A DNA stretch of 64,000 nucleotides from a virus, in the IMG/VR virus record IMGVR_UViG_3300032284_002843, positions 1 to 64,000 of that record, one strand, 5' to 3'. Shown here in pieces: positions 19,797 through 29,126 of this stretch. A program made the position numbers and the translations under genes. The notes beneath the pieces were generated by a model. The model made no database searches, had not been told where the DNA came from, and saw only the letters and a list, made by a program, of their open reading frames with translations. Every line of letters begins with the position of its first letter. Position 1 is the stretch's first letter.

Positions 19797-20234
19797 TTAT
19801 TGACCCAGGCTGGCTTTTAAGAACCAACGCATTTTAGCATGTGCATCCAAACGCTCTGCGAGGTAATTCATAATAGCCTGATTATTTTCAGCTTCAGCTA
19901 ATACGAAAATCTTGTTTAATAGAAAAATCATGCGCTCGTGATCTTGCATGAGCTGTAGAACATAAGCTTTGCTGTCTAGTACAGGCTGGTCCGAAGAAAC
20001 AATACTCAATGACAACTGTTCTTGTGGTGTTAGTGTAACAAAAGAATCAAGTTCACGAATCTTCTCTGCGATGGTATCAACATTTTCCCAGAGATCTTCA
20101 TACTGCTGTTCGAACAGTTTGTGATATTCATAAAAGAACATACCTGTGATATTCCAATGAGCAGAATGCGTCTTTAGATATAAGACAAAATTACTAGCCA
20201 GCAATACCTTTAAACCATCTATTAAGCGATTCAT
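19797..20234 (-). CDS. dps: Dps/ferritin-like DNA protection protein
   Basis: HSAHWNITG..F..YH.LFE.QY, D.IAE.IR, H.K..WFL motifs. Confidence 0.9.
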   Translation of the reverse strand: MNRLIDGLKVLLASNFVLYLKTHSAHWNITGMFFYEYHKLFEQQYEDLWENVDTIAEKIRELDSFVTLTPQEQLSLSIVSSDQPVLDSKAYVLQLMQDHERMIFLLNKIFVLAEAENNQAIMNYLAERLDAHAKMRWFLKASLGQ

Positions 20235-20257
20235 CTACTACTCCAAATTAACTAATA

Positions 20258-20650
20258 CTATTTAGTTAACTTGGCAAATCCTCGTTCTAACAATTCTTCG
20301 GCTAGTTTTGTCTGAACCTTTAGAGTAATGGTATCTTTGATGTCATGTTGATCGCGGCTATAGGTAATTTGATCAACATTTACAATGTTATGACCTTTTA
20401 ACAATTCGCCTATACCCTGCAAAAACCCAGGATCATCTATCAGACTGCCATATTTTTTCACTGGCCATTCTCGGCTACTGTATTTTACTATTAATTCACC
20501 TAGCAAGACTTTGGCTTTTTTGGGAGTAGGTGGTCGTACACTGAACTCACCAGCAAAAATCTTTACATAAAGCTTTTTCTTGACTGTGGTATTTGGACCA
20601 TCGCCACTGGTAACCACTTTTCCAGTAGTTATACTTGTTTCAAACATCAA
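20258..20650 (-). CDS. Hypothetical protein
   Basis: 130 aa ORF in operon. Confidence 0.6.
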   Translation of the reverse strand: MMFETSITTGKVVTSGDGPNTTVKKKLYVKIFAGEFSVRPPTPKKAKVLLGELIVKYSSREWPVKKYGSLIDDPGFLQGIGELLKGHNIVNVDQITYSRDQHDIKDTITLKVQTKLAEELLERGFAKLTK

Positions 20651-20659
20651 ATAGTATGT

Positions 20660-21604
20660 TTACTTTCTTGAACTTTGTCTAGATTCGTCAAAATCCTTCA
20701 TTATAGGTAAGCTCATCATAGATTTAACATGATTAATATAGACAGATCCTAGCTCGCTGTAGCGACCAAGATGGCCAATCAATTGAAAACTATTAATGCC
20801 TTGACGTTCTTGTCGAAGTTTGGCCCTAGCTGCTCGGAAATCTTTATATGCAAAGTGTGTATTCAAATTATGAATATAGTCCGACACACTTTCCTGTGGA
20901 TTTTTATACGCACTATAACCTTTTCCTGCCGTCATACCAAAAAATGCATTAGTTTGACGAGCAATTTGGCTGCTTCCCCAACCGCTTTCTAGTGCACCTT
21001 GTGCTATTGCCATACGTTTTGGAACTATATCCATTCTTTCTAATAAGTCGGATAGATTTTTTGCACCATATGCTTCTAGCTTTGAGTCATACCATGCTCG
21101 TTCTTCAGCATCCATAGTATGCTTTGGATTTGAAATCTGAAGCAAATAACGTCTGTCAGCTAATATTTTAGCATTAGCTCTATCAACCAATGGTCCTATC
21201 GTGTCAACAAAGGCCTGCATCTTCTCATCAGCAGGTGCTTTATGTTGACCCCACAGAGCCTGTGGAAAATTATGATGTGTGTCAGCAGGCTTTTTCATCT
21301 TAGTTGCTTTTGCTAACAACTCGCCGGCGTGCTCAGGATCACGCTCTGGGCCAATTTTACGTCTAAGAAGTTCACCTGCGTGTTCAGGATCGCTGGGTTC
21401 ACGAAATTTATATGGACTTAGATCTTCCGGATCAGCAGGTTGCTCAATTGTTTTAGGTTGAGATACCATTGCTAAATCCGGTGAGATACCACTCGAACCC
21501 AAAACTCCAGCTCCAAATAATCCAGCAGCAGCAGCTTTTTTCAAAGCTTTCTTAATATCAGCTTCTAATAACTGATCTTCGGGCCAAACTTCATCTAAAC
21601 GCAT
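20660..21604 (-). CDS. Glucosaminidase (GH73, Bax/FlgJ-like) peptidoglycan hydrolase
   Basis: AIAQGALESGWG.S, N.FFG, Y..NLNTH.AY, YSE motifs; start re-placed at MRLDEV just after the release-factor stop. Confidence 0.8.
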   Translation of the reverse strand: MRLDEVWPEDQLLEADIKKALKKAAAAGLFGAGVLGSSGISPDLAMVSQPKTIEQPADPEDLSPYKFREPSDPEHAGELLRRKIGPERDPEHAGELLAKATKMKKPADTHHNFPQALWGQHKAPADEKMQAFVDTIGPLVDRANAKILADRRYLLQISNPKHTMDAEERAWYDSKLEAYGAKNLSDLLERMDIVPKRMAIAQGALESGWGSSQIARQTNAFFGMTAGKGYSAYKNPQESVSDYIHNLNTHFAYKDFRAARAKLRQERQGINSFQLIGHLGRYSELGSVYINHVKSMMSLPIMKDFDESRQSSRK

Positions 21605-21608
21605 TAAC

Positions 21609-22292
21609 TTATTTAGCGCTTGGCCATAGCTTATACATTTCGCCACGAAGATATTGTTCAGCAGTACATCTTTTATTTGTTTCATGATCTGTAGCTTGAT
21701 TATGTTGAAACTGGATGGTTCGTTTCTTATCCCCTCTTTGTCCGGAACCAACCTGTTGCCGACGTTGATCATTTAGAACACTAGAGTTCGCATGACTAAC
21801 ACGGTTTTTCAACCTAATTTTTAACTCTTCAATAGCCTGATGAAAGCTATTTTTACGCGATCTTGTCTGTGCTGTGGTGGTTATACCACTTGGACGATGA
21901 TGTACACGGCAACTGGCCTGTACTTTATTTCTATTTTGCCCACCTGGGCCGGTCCCACTAAACCAAGATATGTCACAATCGGCTTCTTTAAACTCAAAAG
22001 AAACAGCCGGATTATAATCTAAAACTGCAACAGTAACAGTGCTGGTATGTGTCCTACCACGTTTTTCCGTAGGTGGTACCCGCTGTATTCTGTGCCCACC
22101 GGCTTCATTAAGCCAGTCAGTGTATTTAGCACCTGTTACTTTTAATACTATACGACCAGGAACGTCGTGGACGCAAGAAATCAGTCAATTAAGTTTCTGC
22201 GCCATCTTAATATAAGATTTGGCTAAATCCTGTACAAATAACTTACTGTCATCACCGCCTTCTGCGGCTCTAATCTCAACGAAAATATCCAT
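21609..22292 (-). CDS. prfA: Class I peptide chain release factor, RF1-type, lacking domain 1, with in-frame UGA at codon 36
   Basis: AGGAGG RBS; MDIFVEIRAAEGGDDS...KMAQKLN*LIS...EAGGHRIQRVPPTEKRGRTHTSTVTVAV...GPGGQNRNK...GSGQRGDKKRT; all in one frame, with TGA at 22185-22187. Confidence 0.88.
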
Positions 22293-22302
22293 GTTATCCT
22301 CC

Positions 22303-22521
22303 TTATAGCTTACAATGGAATTCTAATCCTCCTTGTTTGCATGTGAACAAATAAGGATTGAACTTATTTTGATGTAGAGTCAACCTCAAACCTTGCGGCA
22401 ATTCAACTACTAGGACATCTGGCCTTTTTGAGATAATTAAAGCACGCACTATTTTCTCATTATTTGCACACAGTACATCAATGTGCTCGGGTTCTTTAAT
22501 AATTCTCAAATTTCTCGGCAT
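22303..22521 (-). CDS. Small hypothetical protein (paralog of 30080-30301)
   Basis: GAGG RBS; shares V.C...V...I.SK....VELP.G...GLEF pattern. Confidence 0.6.
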   Translation of the reverse strand: MPRNLRIIKEPEHIDVLCANNEKIVRALIISKRPDVLVVELPQGLRLTLHQNKFNPYLFTCKQGGLEFHCKL

Positions 22522-22676
22522 GATTACCTCACTAGACAATCAGTTGTTCTGCAATATAAACTAATTTTTATGATTTTTCAACTGATAAATAATGATGGTA
22601 ATTTGATTGCGCCAACAATCAAAAACTCAGCTTGGAGCACTGAGCTGTCCCACATTATTAGACAACTTGGAGTTAT

Positions 22677-23231
22677 ATGATGGAAAAAACATCAACATGT
22701 AAAAATCCTAAATGTGCAAAACTATTTATCGTAAAAAAATGGTCAAAAGGAATTTTTTGTTCAAATAGTTGTGCAGCTACATTTAATAACACAGGTAGAG
22801 TTAGGACTAAAGAAAGTAAAGCAAAAGTATCTATAAAAATTAAAAAACTTATCGCAGAAGGAAAGGCGAAGCCGCCGCCACAATTCAGCCAAAAAGGAAG
22901 ATCATGGAGAAAATCCCCAAATAGTAGTTGGTTAGAATATAAAAAATCTTGTGCCTTTTATACTCCATTATATATTTTGGAAAAAATAGAAAATTTCCAT
23001 CTAATTAATAAAATAGGATGGTATGATCCAAATACTAATCCAACTGGAGTTTCTAGAGATCATATGTTTTCTGTAATTGATGGATGGAAGAATAATATTC
23101 CGGCTGAAATAATAAGACATCCAGCTAACTGCATGCTTATGCCTATTTTAGAAAATAAAAGAAAAGGCAAGCGAAGTTCAATAACGTATGAAGAGCTACT
23201 ACAAAAAATAGAGAAATGGCGGTCTCGGTAG
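22677..23231 (+). mobile_element. HNH-type homing endonuclease
   Basis: C..C..F...FCS..C zinc motif; SRDH.FS...HPAN...N..K HNH-like core; inserted antisense next to tRNA genes. Confidence 0.7.
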
Positions 23232-23292
23232 GACTCGAACCTACATTAAGTCGGCTTAGAAGACCGATGCCCATCCTTTGGACCACGAGACC
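23217..23292 (-). tRNA. tRNA-Arg(UCU)
   Basis: GGTCTCG acceptor, anticodon arm TCGGT-CT TCT AA-GCCGA, GGTTCGAGTCC T arm, encoded CCA. Confidence 0.92.
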
Positions 23293-23382
23293 TTAATTTA
23301 AAATTTAATATAACATAGAGTCAACGTCTATGCAAGGTATAATCAAGATTTAAAATATACAGCATTTGATTATCCTAAAAAT

Positions 23383-23457
23383 TGGAGCGGGTGGCCGGCA
23401 ACGCTCCGGTCCTCTCTAGCTTGGAAGGCTAGGGCACATCTCCTATACCACACCCGC
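23383..23457 (-). tRNA. tRNA-Gly(UCC) with atypical T-loop
   Basis: GCGGGTG/CACCCGC acceptor, U73, CCA; CTAGC-CT TCC AA-GCTAG; T-loop AGCGTTG. Confidence 0.85.
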
Positions 23458-23494
23458 ATTACACAAGTATTTATATTACTTTTCCATACATTTG

Positions 23495-23623
23495 TCAACG
23501 GATAAAAATAAGAATGCCAGCCACAACAATCCAAATCCAAAGAAACAAGCCTAGAATCATACCGTTATGTTGCTGATTTTGCTTCCATTTTCCTATATCT
23601 TCTGGGCGGTTGAGACGTTCCAT
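23495..23623 (-). CDS. Small single-TM protein (42 aa, not in ORF track)
   Basis: MERLNRPEDIGKWKQNQQHNGMILGLFLWIWIVVAGILIFIR; directly follows upstream gene. Confidence 0.5.
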   Translation of the reverse strand: MERLNRPEDIGKWKQNQQHNGMILGLFLWIWIVVAGILIFIR

Positions 23624-23629
23624 CGGTTT

Positions 23630-24064
23630 TTATTTTTTCCTACCGATGTCTTTTAAATCCGTTCCTTCTGAAATGTATTGATATGCACCTTTCGAATAGG
23701 CAGGCGCGATACGTTTCTTCTTTTCTTCGGCCTGCTGCAAAGCAATAGCTTCACGTTCTGCCATTAGAGGATCGTCTTCATAATCTCTACGCCATGCGCT
23801 GTCAAACACACTACGTTTGGCAACAATAGGAGCAAAACCATCGCCAAGACGTTTAACTGATTCAGACTTGGGTTGATTGGTCTCAACCTTTGCTGTTTTA
23901 CTCTTGGTCTTTTGACGTGCTGCAATTTGCTCTGGATGCAGGCCTTGTTTACGCAGCCATTTATCATGTTCAGCCGCAGCACGGTTTTGCTTAACACTGG
24001 CTTTTTTCTTATTACGACCAGTGTTAAGCGTGGTAAGACCAGCATGTACCATGTGCATACTCAT
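23630..24064 (-). CDS. Conserved basic phage hypothetical protein
   Basis: C-terminal IAPAYSKGAYQYI motif typical of T4-like phage hypotheticals; TTGAC promoter upstream. Confidence 0.7.
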   Translation of the reverse strand: MSMHMVHAGLTTLNTGRNKKKASVKQNRAAAEHDKWLRKQGLHPEQIAARQKTKSKTAKVETNQPKSESVKRLGDGFAPIVAKRSVFDSAWRRDYEDDPLMAEREAIALQQAEEKKKRIAPAYSKGAYQYISEGTDLKDIGRKK

Positions 24065-24116
24065 AATACCCTCCGTATTTTGTCTATACTAGCATATTTG
24101 CATATGCCAGTCAATG

Positions 24117-24680
24117 TTAATAAGTTGCTTTAACTTTATCTGCCAGCTTATATTTAACAGCTTCTTTGGCACTGAGCCATACGTCCTTTTCAGGAAGTAG
24201 GATTTCTTTAATCTTTGATTCTGATAGGCCAGTACATTCTTTATACAATGCAATCATTTTTTCACTTAGCAAATCAACCTGCTTTGTTGTGGCTATTAAC
24301 TCATGTTCTTTGCCATATGTTCCCCAGCTAAACTGGTGGCTTAGAATATTTGTATTTGGTGTGAGTGTTCTATAACCCTTTGCACCACTCATAAATGTAA
24401 GCAATCCGCAGCTAGCAATCATTCCCAGTCCAACAGTATGAACTGGAATAGTGCTGCCCTTCATAACATCGATTAGGGCCAATGCACTTGGCAGCTCCCC
24501 ACCGGGGCTGTTAATAATCAAGGTTAAGTGTTTTGGTCTAACATTACTAGGTAACAGATTTTTTCTAAGAATAAAATCTATAACAGGTTTTACTGTTTCG
24601 CTGTTAAAATCTTCCATAAACAAATAGATATTATTCTCCTCAAGGCTAGCGCCATGAGACATTGCTTCTGGTTTTTTCAT
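24117..24680 (-). CDS. clpP: ClpP-like protease subunit
   Basis: INSPGG, G..ASCG (catalytic Ser), LSHQ, D.WLSAKEA..Y.L.D. Confidence 0.88.
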   Translation of the reverse strand: MKKPEAMSHGASLEENNIYLFMEDFNSETVKPVIDFILRKNLLPSNVRPKHLTLIINSPGGELPSALALIDVMKGSTIPVHTVGLGMIASCGLLTFMSGAKGYRTLTPNTNILSHQFSWGTYGKEHELIATTKQVDLLSEKMIALYKECTGLSESKIKEILLPEKDVWLSAKEAVKYKLADKVKATY

Positions 24681-24735
24681 CTAGATAATTCCTTCTGATA
24701 TAGTTGATTATGTATAGCAGAGGACGAATATGCAA

Positions 24736-25299
24736 CTACGCAAGCCAATTCTTTAAATATTTTACTGTATCTTCATGTAGCAATACTTCAGAATGATTTG
24801 CATAGATTTCATGCACTTGTCCACAGCTCCAACGAGTTTGTGAACGAACTGTAACAACTCCGTCATTTGGTTCGTATATGTATGGATTAAAACCGTGGGT
24901 TGTAACTAGATGCAAGGTAGGTTTAATTATTTTTTGTTGGTGGATCTGTCTAATAAATTTACTGTTATGTGCTATTTCACTTAGAAAATGACTTCTACTC
25001 AAATAACTTTGTATCAAATTTATATCGAGTCCGCCCAATGGTGTTGCAATGGTGACAACACGATCAACATTTGGATGATCAGCCAAGCTTAAGGCTATAA
25101 GACCGCCCATGCTGTGTCCAATAACGGTATAATTGCTACCGATTAAAGAATTTTTTGCATGAAAGATAATATCTTCAATATTTGAAATTCGATCACCATA
25201 ATCAATAAAATCCCATGAATGATCATTTAATTCCTTTTTCAAATAATTAAACATTCTAGGAGTAGAAAACGCTCCGTGTATTGCAAAAATTTGTGTCAT
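24736..25299 (-). CDS. Alpha/beta hydrolase
   Basis: IHGA oxyanion motif, GHSMGG nucleophile elbow, NDGVV, NH. Confidence 0.85.
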   Translation of the reverse strand: MTQIFAIHGAFSTPRMFNYLKKELNDHSWDFIDYGDRISNIEDIIFHAKNSLIGSNYTVIGHSMGGLIALSLADHPNVDRVVTIATPLGGLDINLIQSYLSRSHFLSEIAHNSKFIRQIHQQKIIKPTLHLVTTHGFNPYIYEPNDGVVTVRSQTRWSCGQVHEIYANHSEVLLHEDTVKYLKNWLA

Positions 25300-25300
25300 G

Positions 25301-25774
25301 TTAACCTTTTATTACTATTCCATTCCAATCACCAACAGGCGGCTTTTGCTTGAAATTTATGCAACGGCTTATCATCAAATCATAATAGGCCGAAAGCTGT
25401 CCATCCCATGCAGTACGTAAACTGCTAGCTATAACTATTGCCATTTCCCATCTGCGTTCTATATAACTAGAATAAAATTTATGATGTTGATTGGCATACA
25501 TGCTGTAGATTTTTTGCTTTTCGGGCATAGCATAAATCTCGGTGCATAAATCTACTATTTGTTCATCAATTATGACTTTATCAACTGGCAATAAGATAAA
25601 ATTATGCCGTGAATATATTTCAGCACTGTTATAAACAGTTTTCAACTTTAAATGTTTGGCAAATTTTTCAAATTTAATATTGAGAGATTTAGGTCTAAGA
25701 AATTGTAAAATCAAGATACCCGCTGCACAAATGATCGCAGCAATCACTAACCAGTCAATAATAAGTACACTCAT
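25301..25774 (-). CDS. Hypothetical protein with N-terminal TM helix
   Basis: GGGAG RBS; hydrophobic N-terminus. Confidence 0.6.
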   Translation of the reverse strand: MSVLIIDWLVIAAIICAAGILILQFLRPKSLNIKFEKFAKHLKLKTVYNSAEIYSRHNFILLPVDKVIIDEQIVDLCTEIYAMPEKQKIYSMYANQHHKFYSSYIERRWEMAIVIASSLRTAWDGQLSAYYDLMISRCINFKQKPPVGDWNGIVIKG

Positions 25775-25809
25775 AGCAGTGCTCCCAAACTAAAAGGGTT
25801 CGCCGGTAC

Positions 25810-26292
25810 TTAAAACCGGCGAAGTAACTTATTACTATTTAATTTTTCTGCAGCTTTTATCAGCTTACCATTGCATTTCAGTATGTCATCCGCATACTTG
25901 GCAATTAAAGGATTTGGAGCCGCTTCTGGTCTGACACCGAACAACAAATCCACACAGCGATCTATTTGATCTATACCGTGATGCTGCACCAGTATCGCCA
26001 ATACCATAGCCGTACTGCGGCTGATACCAGCTTCGCAATGAACTAAAAGTACTGCATCATTTGGCAAACCTGCAGCCCATTCTAAAATTTCAGCAATTTG
26101 CTCTGGTTTGGGCGCACGATCGTAGGTTGGCTCAATAACATCCTCAAAAATCCACAGCCTCCAATTCGCAGTTGGCGTTTTAGGATGTAGAAAAGGACGT
26201 TTGCCCGGATCCAGCAAGCTCAGAACATGTGTAGCTTGAACTTTACTGGTAATTTTAGCAACTTGGCTCCTTGAGCTAACATAAACTTTCAT
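25810..26292 (-). CDS. Protein tyrosine/dual-specificity phosphatase-like
   Basis: HCEAGISRS CX5R motif; RP.A.PN. Confidence 0.88.
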   Translation of the reverse strand: MKVYVSSRSQVAKITSKVQATHVLSLLDPGKRPFLHPKTPTANWRLWIFEDVIEPTYDRAPKPEQIAEILEWAAGLPNDAVLLVHCEAGISRSTAMVLAILVQHHGIDQIDRCVDLLFGVRPEAAPNPLIAKYADDILKCNGKLIKAAEKLNSNKLLRRF

Positions 26293-26330
26293 TGCTCTAT
26301 TGTAGCATAAAAATTATTAATGTCAAAAGA

Positions 26331-26357
26331 AAACTGGCAAATGACTCTGCCAGTTTC
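26331..26357 (-). terminator. Probable intrinsic terminator
   Basis: aaactggca...tgccagttt hairpin with T-run on minus strand. Confidence 0.55.
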
Positions 26358-26389
26358 AAGTCTAAGAAATAATTTTTATGTTTTTAATA

Positions 26390-26626
26390 TTAGCGCTTGA
26401 CAGGACGTGCAAGGCTGTATACAGCACGAGCAACACCATCACGACCACGACGCATTGTGGTGCGGATGTTGTATCCGTCTTCGCGTAGCTCGCTGATACG
26501 AGCACGTGGGTTTGAAATACGGAAACGTGAACGTGCCTGAGCAACAGTTAGTGTGGTACCAGTGCTGCGGCTTAGATAGCTAAGAAGACGATCCTTAGCA
26601 GTTGTAGTAGTAGTAGTCTTTGTCAT
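26390..26626 (-). CDS. Small winged-HTH DNA-binding protein
   Basis: LTVAQARSRFRISNPRARISELREDGYNI helix-turn-helix pattern; AGGAG RBS. Confidence 0.7.
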   Translation of the reverse strand: MTKTTTTTTAKDRLLSYLSRSTGTTLTVAQARSRFRISNPRARISELREDGYNIRTTMRRGRDGVARAVYSLARPVKR

Positions 26627-26776
26627 ACTTTTCTCCTTTTTTCACAGTTTGATGTATCTAACATCATTTGTTGTAAGATCAGTGTAGTGTTTACCTTTGG
26701 TACTGTCAAATGTATCTCTAGGGTTTTTTAAAATTGTTCTTTTGTGAGTAAATATTACAGAGAAAAGGAGACAGAT

Positions 26777-26977
26777 ATGATAGAGTGGTTATTAAGGAAG
26801 CTAGGATTTTTATCAGAAAAACATAAGCACATACATGTTGTGAAAGAAACAGCAGTAGAAGTACCAGTAGTTAAAGAAGATTCATTACCAGTACAACAAG
26901 AAGCACCTGTATCTGAGACCAAACCAACTGTAAAAAAACCTCGCAAGCCTCGTTCTAAGAAAAAAACTACCAAATAA
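26777..26977 (+). CDS. Small hypothetical protein with basic C-tail
   Basis: AAGGAG RBS; TAAATA late promoter upstream. Confidence 0.6.
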   Translation: MIEWLLRKLGFLSEKHKHIHVVKETAVEVPVVKEDSLPVQQEAPVSETKPTVKKPRKPRSKKKTTK

Positions 26978-26994
26978 TTTACATAAATAACTGC

Positions 26995-27366
26995 ATGAGA
27001 GCTCTGCAGTTTTTAAACGTAAAAAATCCCAGTGATCAGTTAATCAATTTTTTGCGGTTTACCTGCAATTTTTTAGAAATTGATTCATTACCAAAAATTA
27101 AACTGTTGTCTGTGCCAATAAAAAGTTCACAAGCTAACAGTTTTGCGGCTTTTCAACCAAATTCAAATACAATAATTCTGTATATCAAAAATCGACACAT
27201 TTTAGATGTAATGCGTAGCTTGGCGCACGAAATGGTTCATTATAAACAGAGCCTCAGCAATGACGATTTGGATGGTACTACAGGTAGCAAAGATGAAAAT
27301 GAAGCCAATGCAGTGGGAGGGCAAATTATGAGATTATATGGTAAACATCATCCGGAGTTATATTAA
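26995..27366 (+). CDS. Zincin-like metallopeptidase
   Basis: RSLAHEMVH (HExxH) and ENEANA motif. Confidence 0.75.
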   Translation: MRALQFLNVKNPSDQLINFLRFTCNFLEIDSLPKIKLLSVPIKSSQANSFAAFQPNSNTIILYIKNRHILDVMRSLAHEMVHYKQSLSNDDLDGTTGSKDENEANAVGGQIMRLYGKHHPELY

Positions 27367-28349
27367 TGAATATACCCGATCCATTAACAGTCAGACAGGT
27401 TAATGCAGAAAAGATACTGAGCAATCAATTAATTGTTGTTTCGGTCACCGGTGCCGGCGGAGGAGCTGAAATTAATGCCAGTAAAATTAACCTAGGTGGA
27501 TGGATTTTCCAGTCCCAAGACGACGGCGTTTACGTTACAACACCTTCTGGAATAAAGACTAAACTTGAGCTTATAGATTTTAGACAAGTTCCGGTTCCTC
27601 AAACTGTTGATTTGCTAAATTATAATCCCAGAGCAAATATTGGATATAATGAAATTCCCGGCGGACCTCAACAAACACCAGGCGGTCAAATTGGTCATGG
27701 TAGTGCTACAGGCGGTGGTGGCGCTGTAGGCAGTGGACCAAATACTCCTGGTACAGCATTCGATGCCGGTGCAGGAAAAATTACTCCCGGCGGCGATGGC
27801 GAGGGTTATAAAGCCGTTACAGATGCAGCAAAAGCAAAATTGCCACCTAGTATGAATAATCCAGAGTTTTTAGGTTGCTTAGATAATTTAGCCAAAGAAA
27901 AGAACGTTCCGGCTGATAGTTTGCTGACAGTGATGCAAATTGAAAGCGGATTTACCAGCACGGACCAACCAGGAAAAGGTGCAAGCGCTGTTAATTCATA
28001 TAGTCAAGCCAGCGGCTTAAATCAAATTATTCCAAGTACAGCTCAAAGTTTAGGATATACTTCACAACAAATACAAGGCATGACAGCATCAGAACAAATG
28101 TGTGGTCCGGTTACTGCATATTTTCGACATGTTACATTACCAGAAAAACCCAGCACAGCGGATTTGTATCTAGCCAATTTTTATCCTGCAGCAGTTGGCA
28201 AATCAGATGATTATGTAATAGGGGATGTGCCAGGGGGCGGATCGAGAGAAGCAATAGCCGCTGCTAATCCTATATTCAAAGGACAGGATGGACTTGTTTC
28301 AGTTGGATCTGTTAAAGATTGGATCAAGCAAAAGTATCCACCAAGTTAA
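27366..28349 (+). CDS. Virion protein with lytic transglycosylase (SLT-like) domain
   Basis: VMQIESG catalytic Glu, ASGLNQIIPSTA..LG, DLYLANFYP. Confidence 0.75.
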   Translation: MNIPDPLTVRQVNAEKILSNQLIVVSVTGAGGGAEINASKINLGGWIFQSQDDGVYVTTPSGIKTKLELIDFRQVPVPQTVDLLNYNPRANIGYNEIPGGPQQTPGGQIGHGSATGGGGAVGSGPNTPGTAFDAGAGKITPGGDGEGYKAVTDAAKAKLPPSMNNPEFLGCLDNLAKEKNVPADSLLTVMQIESGFTSTDQPGKGASAVNSYSQASGLNQIIPSTAQSLGYTSQQIQGMTASEQMCGPVTAYFRHVTLPEKPSTADLYLANFYPAAVGKSDDYVIGDVPGGGSREAIAAANPIFKGQDGLVSVGSVKDWIKQKYPPS

Positions 28350-28364
28350 TAAGCTAAATATATT

Positions 28365-28562
28365 ATGGTCATAGCTATTCCAAATACTGGCAGTACAATC
28401 GCCATGGGCAAAGTTTATCATGCCTATTACAATTCAACACCTGGTGCTGGTGCAAACATAAGCTTGCGAGCTACACTTGGAAGCCAAATTGGAATATCCA
28501 GTGGCAGCATTACATTATCTTCATCTTTTGGCGGTCGCACCGGACCGTATGATTACATTTAA
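28365..28562 (+). CDS. Small Gly/Ser-rich late protein
   Basis: TAAATA 4 nt before ATG. Confidence 0.6.
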   Translation: MVIAIPNTGSTIAMGKVYHAYYNSTPGAGANISLRATLGSQIGISSGSITLSSSFGGRTGPYDYI

Positions 28563-28610
28563 TTTGTTTTTGTGTTTTTTAAACAGACATAATATATAAA
28601 AGGTATTCAT

Positions 28611-29126
28611 ATGACTTCAATTGATTTTTCAAAGATTATCAATCTATTACAGACTGTAGATATGGGATATAGTCAATACGAATTTGATAATTTCCTAATT
28701 GACACATGCCCAACACCGGCAAGACAATTAATTATGGTGATGGAAAAAATACTCGATCTCCAAAACCCATTGAATCGAAGCGACAGCTTAGGTGTTGACA
28801 TGGGATCTCACGATAGAGATAAGGTACAATTAAAAAAACTTGTGGAGTGGTTTAACAAAATTCCAAATCCACAAGCAATTTTAGAAAAATTTGAACAGGA
28901 AGAACCAACTTATTGGACACATGTATTGGGTAAAACGGCTGCAGTTGAAATTTTATCAAGAGGTAAGACTACCATTGCAACTATGGAAAAAATGGGTTCA
29001 TTACCTTTTGCCGATTACGAAGAATGTGTAAGAATATGCAACAAATATGCAGAACTAATACAAACAGTCACGCAAGGGGTTGAAAAGGAAAACGCACCAT
29101 CTGCGTCTAATGTAGTCAAAACCTAA
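28611..29126 (+). CDS. Hypothetical protein
   Basis: 171 aa, coupled to downstream gene (TAATG). Confidence 0.65.
   Translation: MTSIDFSKIINLLQTVDMGYSQYEFDNFLIDTCPTPARQLIMVMEKILDLQNPLNRSDSLGVDMGSHDRDKVQLKKLVEWFNKIPNPQAILEKFEQEEPTYWTHVLGKTAAVEILSRGKTTIATMEKMGSLPFADYEECVRICNKYAELIQTVTQGVEKENAPSASNVVKT

Noticed and set aside
21315-21392. Duplicated DPEHAGELL peptide in glucosaminidase linker
   Set aside because: Simple local duplication in a low-complexity linker; no evidence of a diversity-generating mechanism.
21605-21772. N-terminal extension of the glucosaminidase given by the ORF track
   Set aside because: Overlaps the release factor coding region; MRLDEV at 21604 is the better start.
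21609-21812. 67-aa ORF as an independent gene
   Set aside because: It is the C-terminus of the UGA-interrupted release factor.
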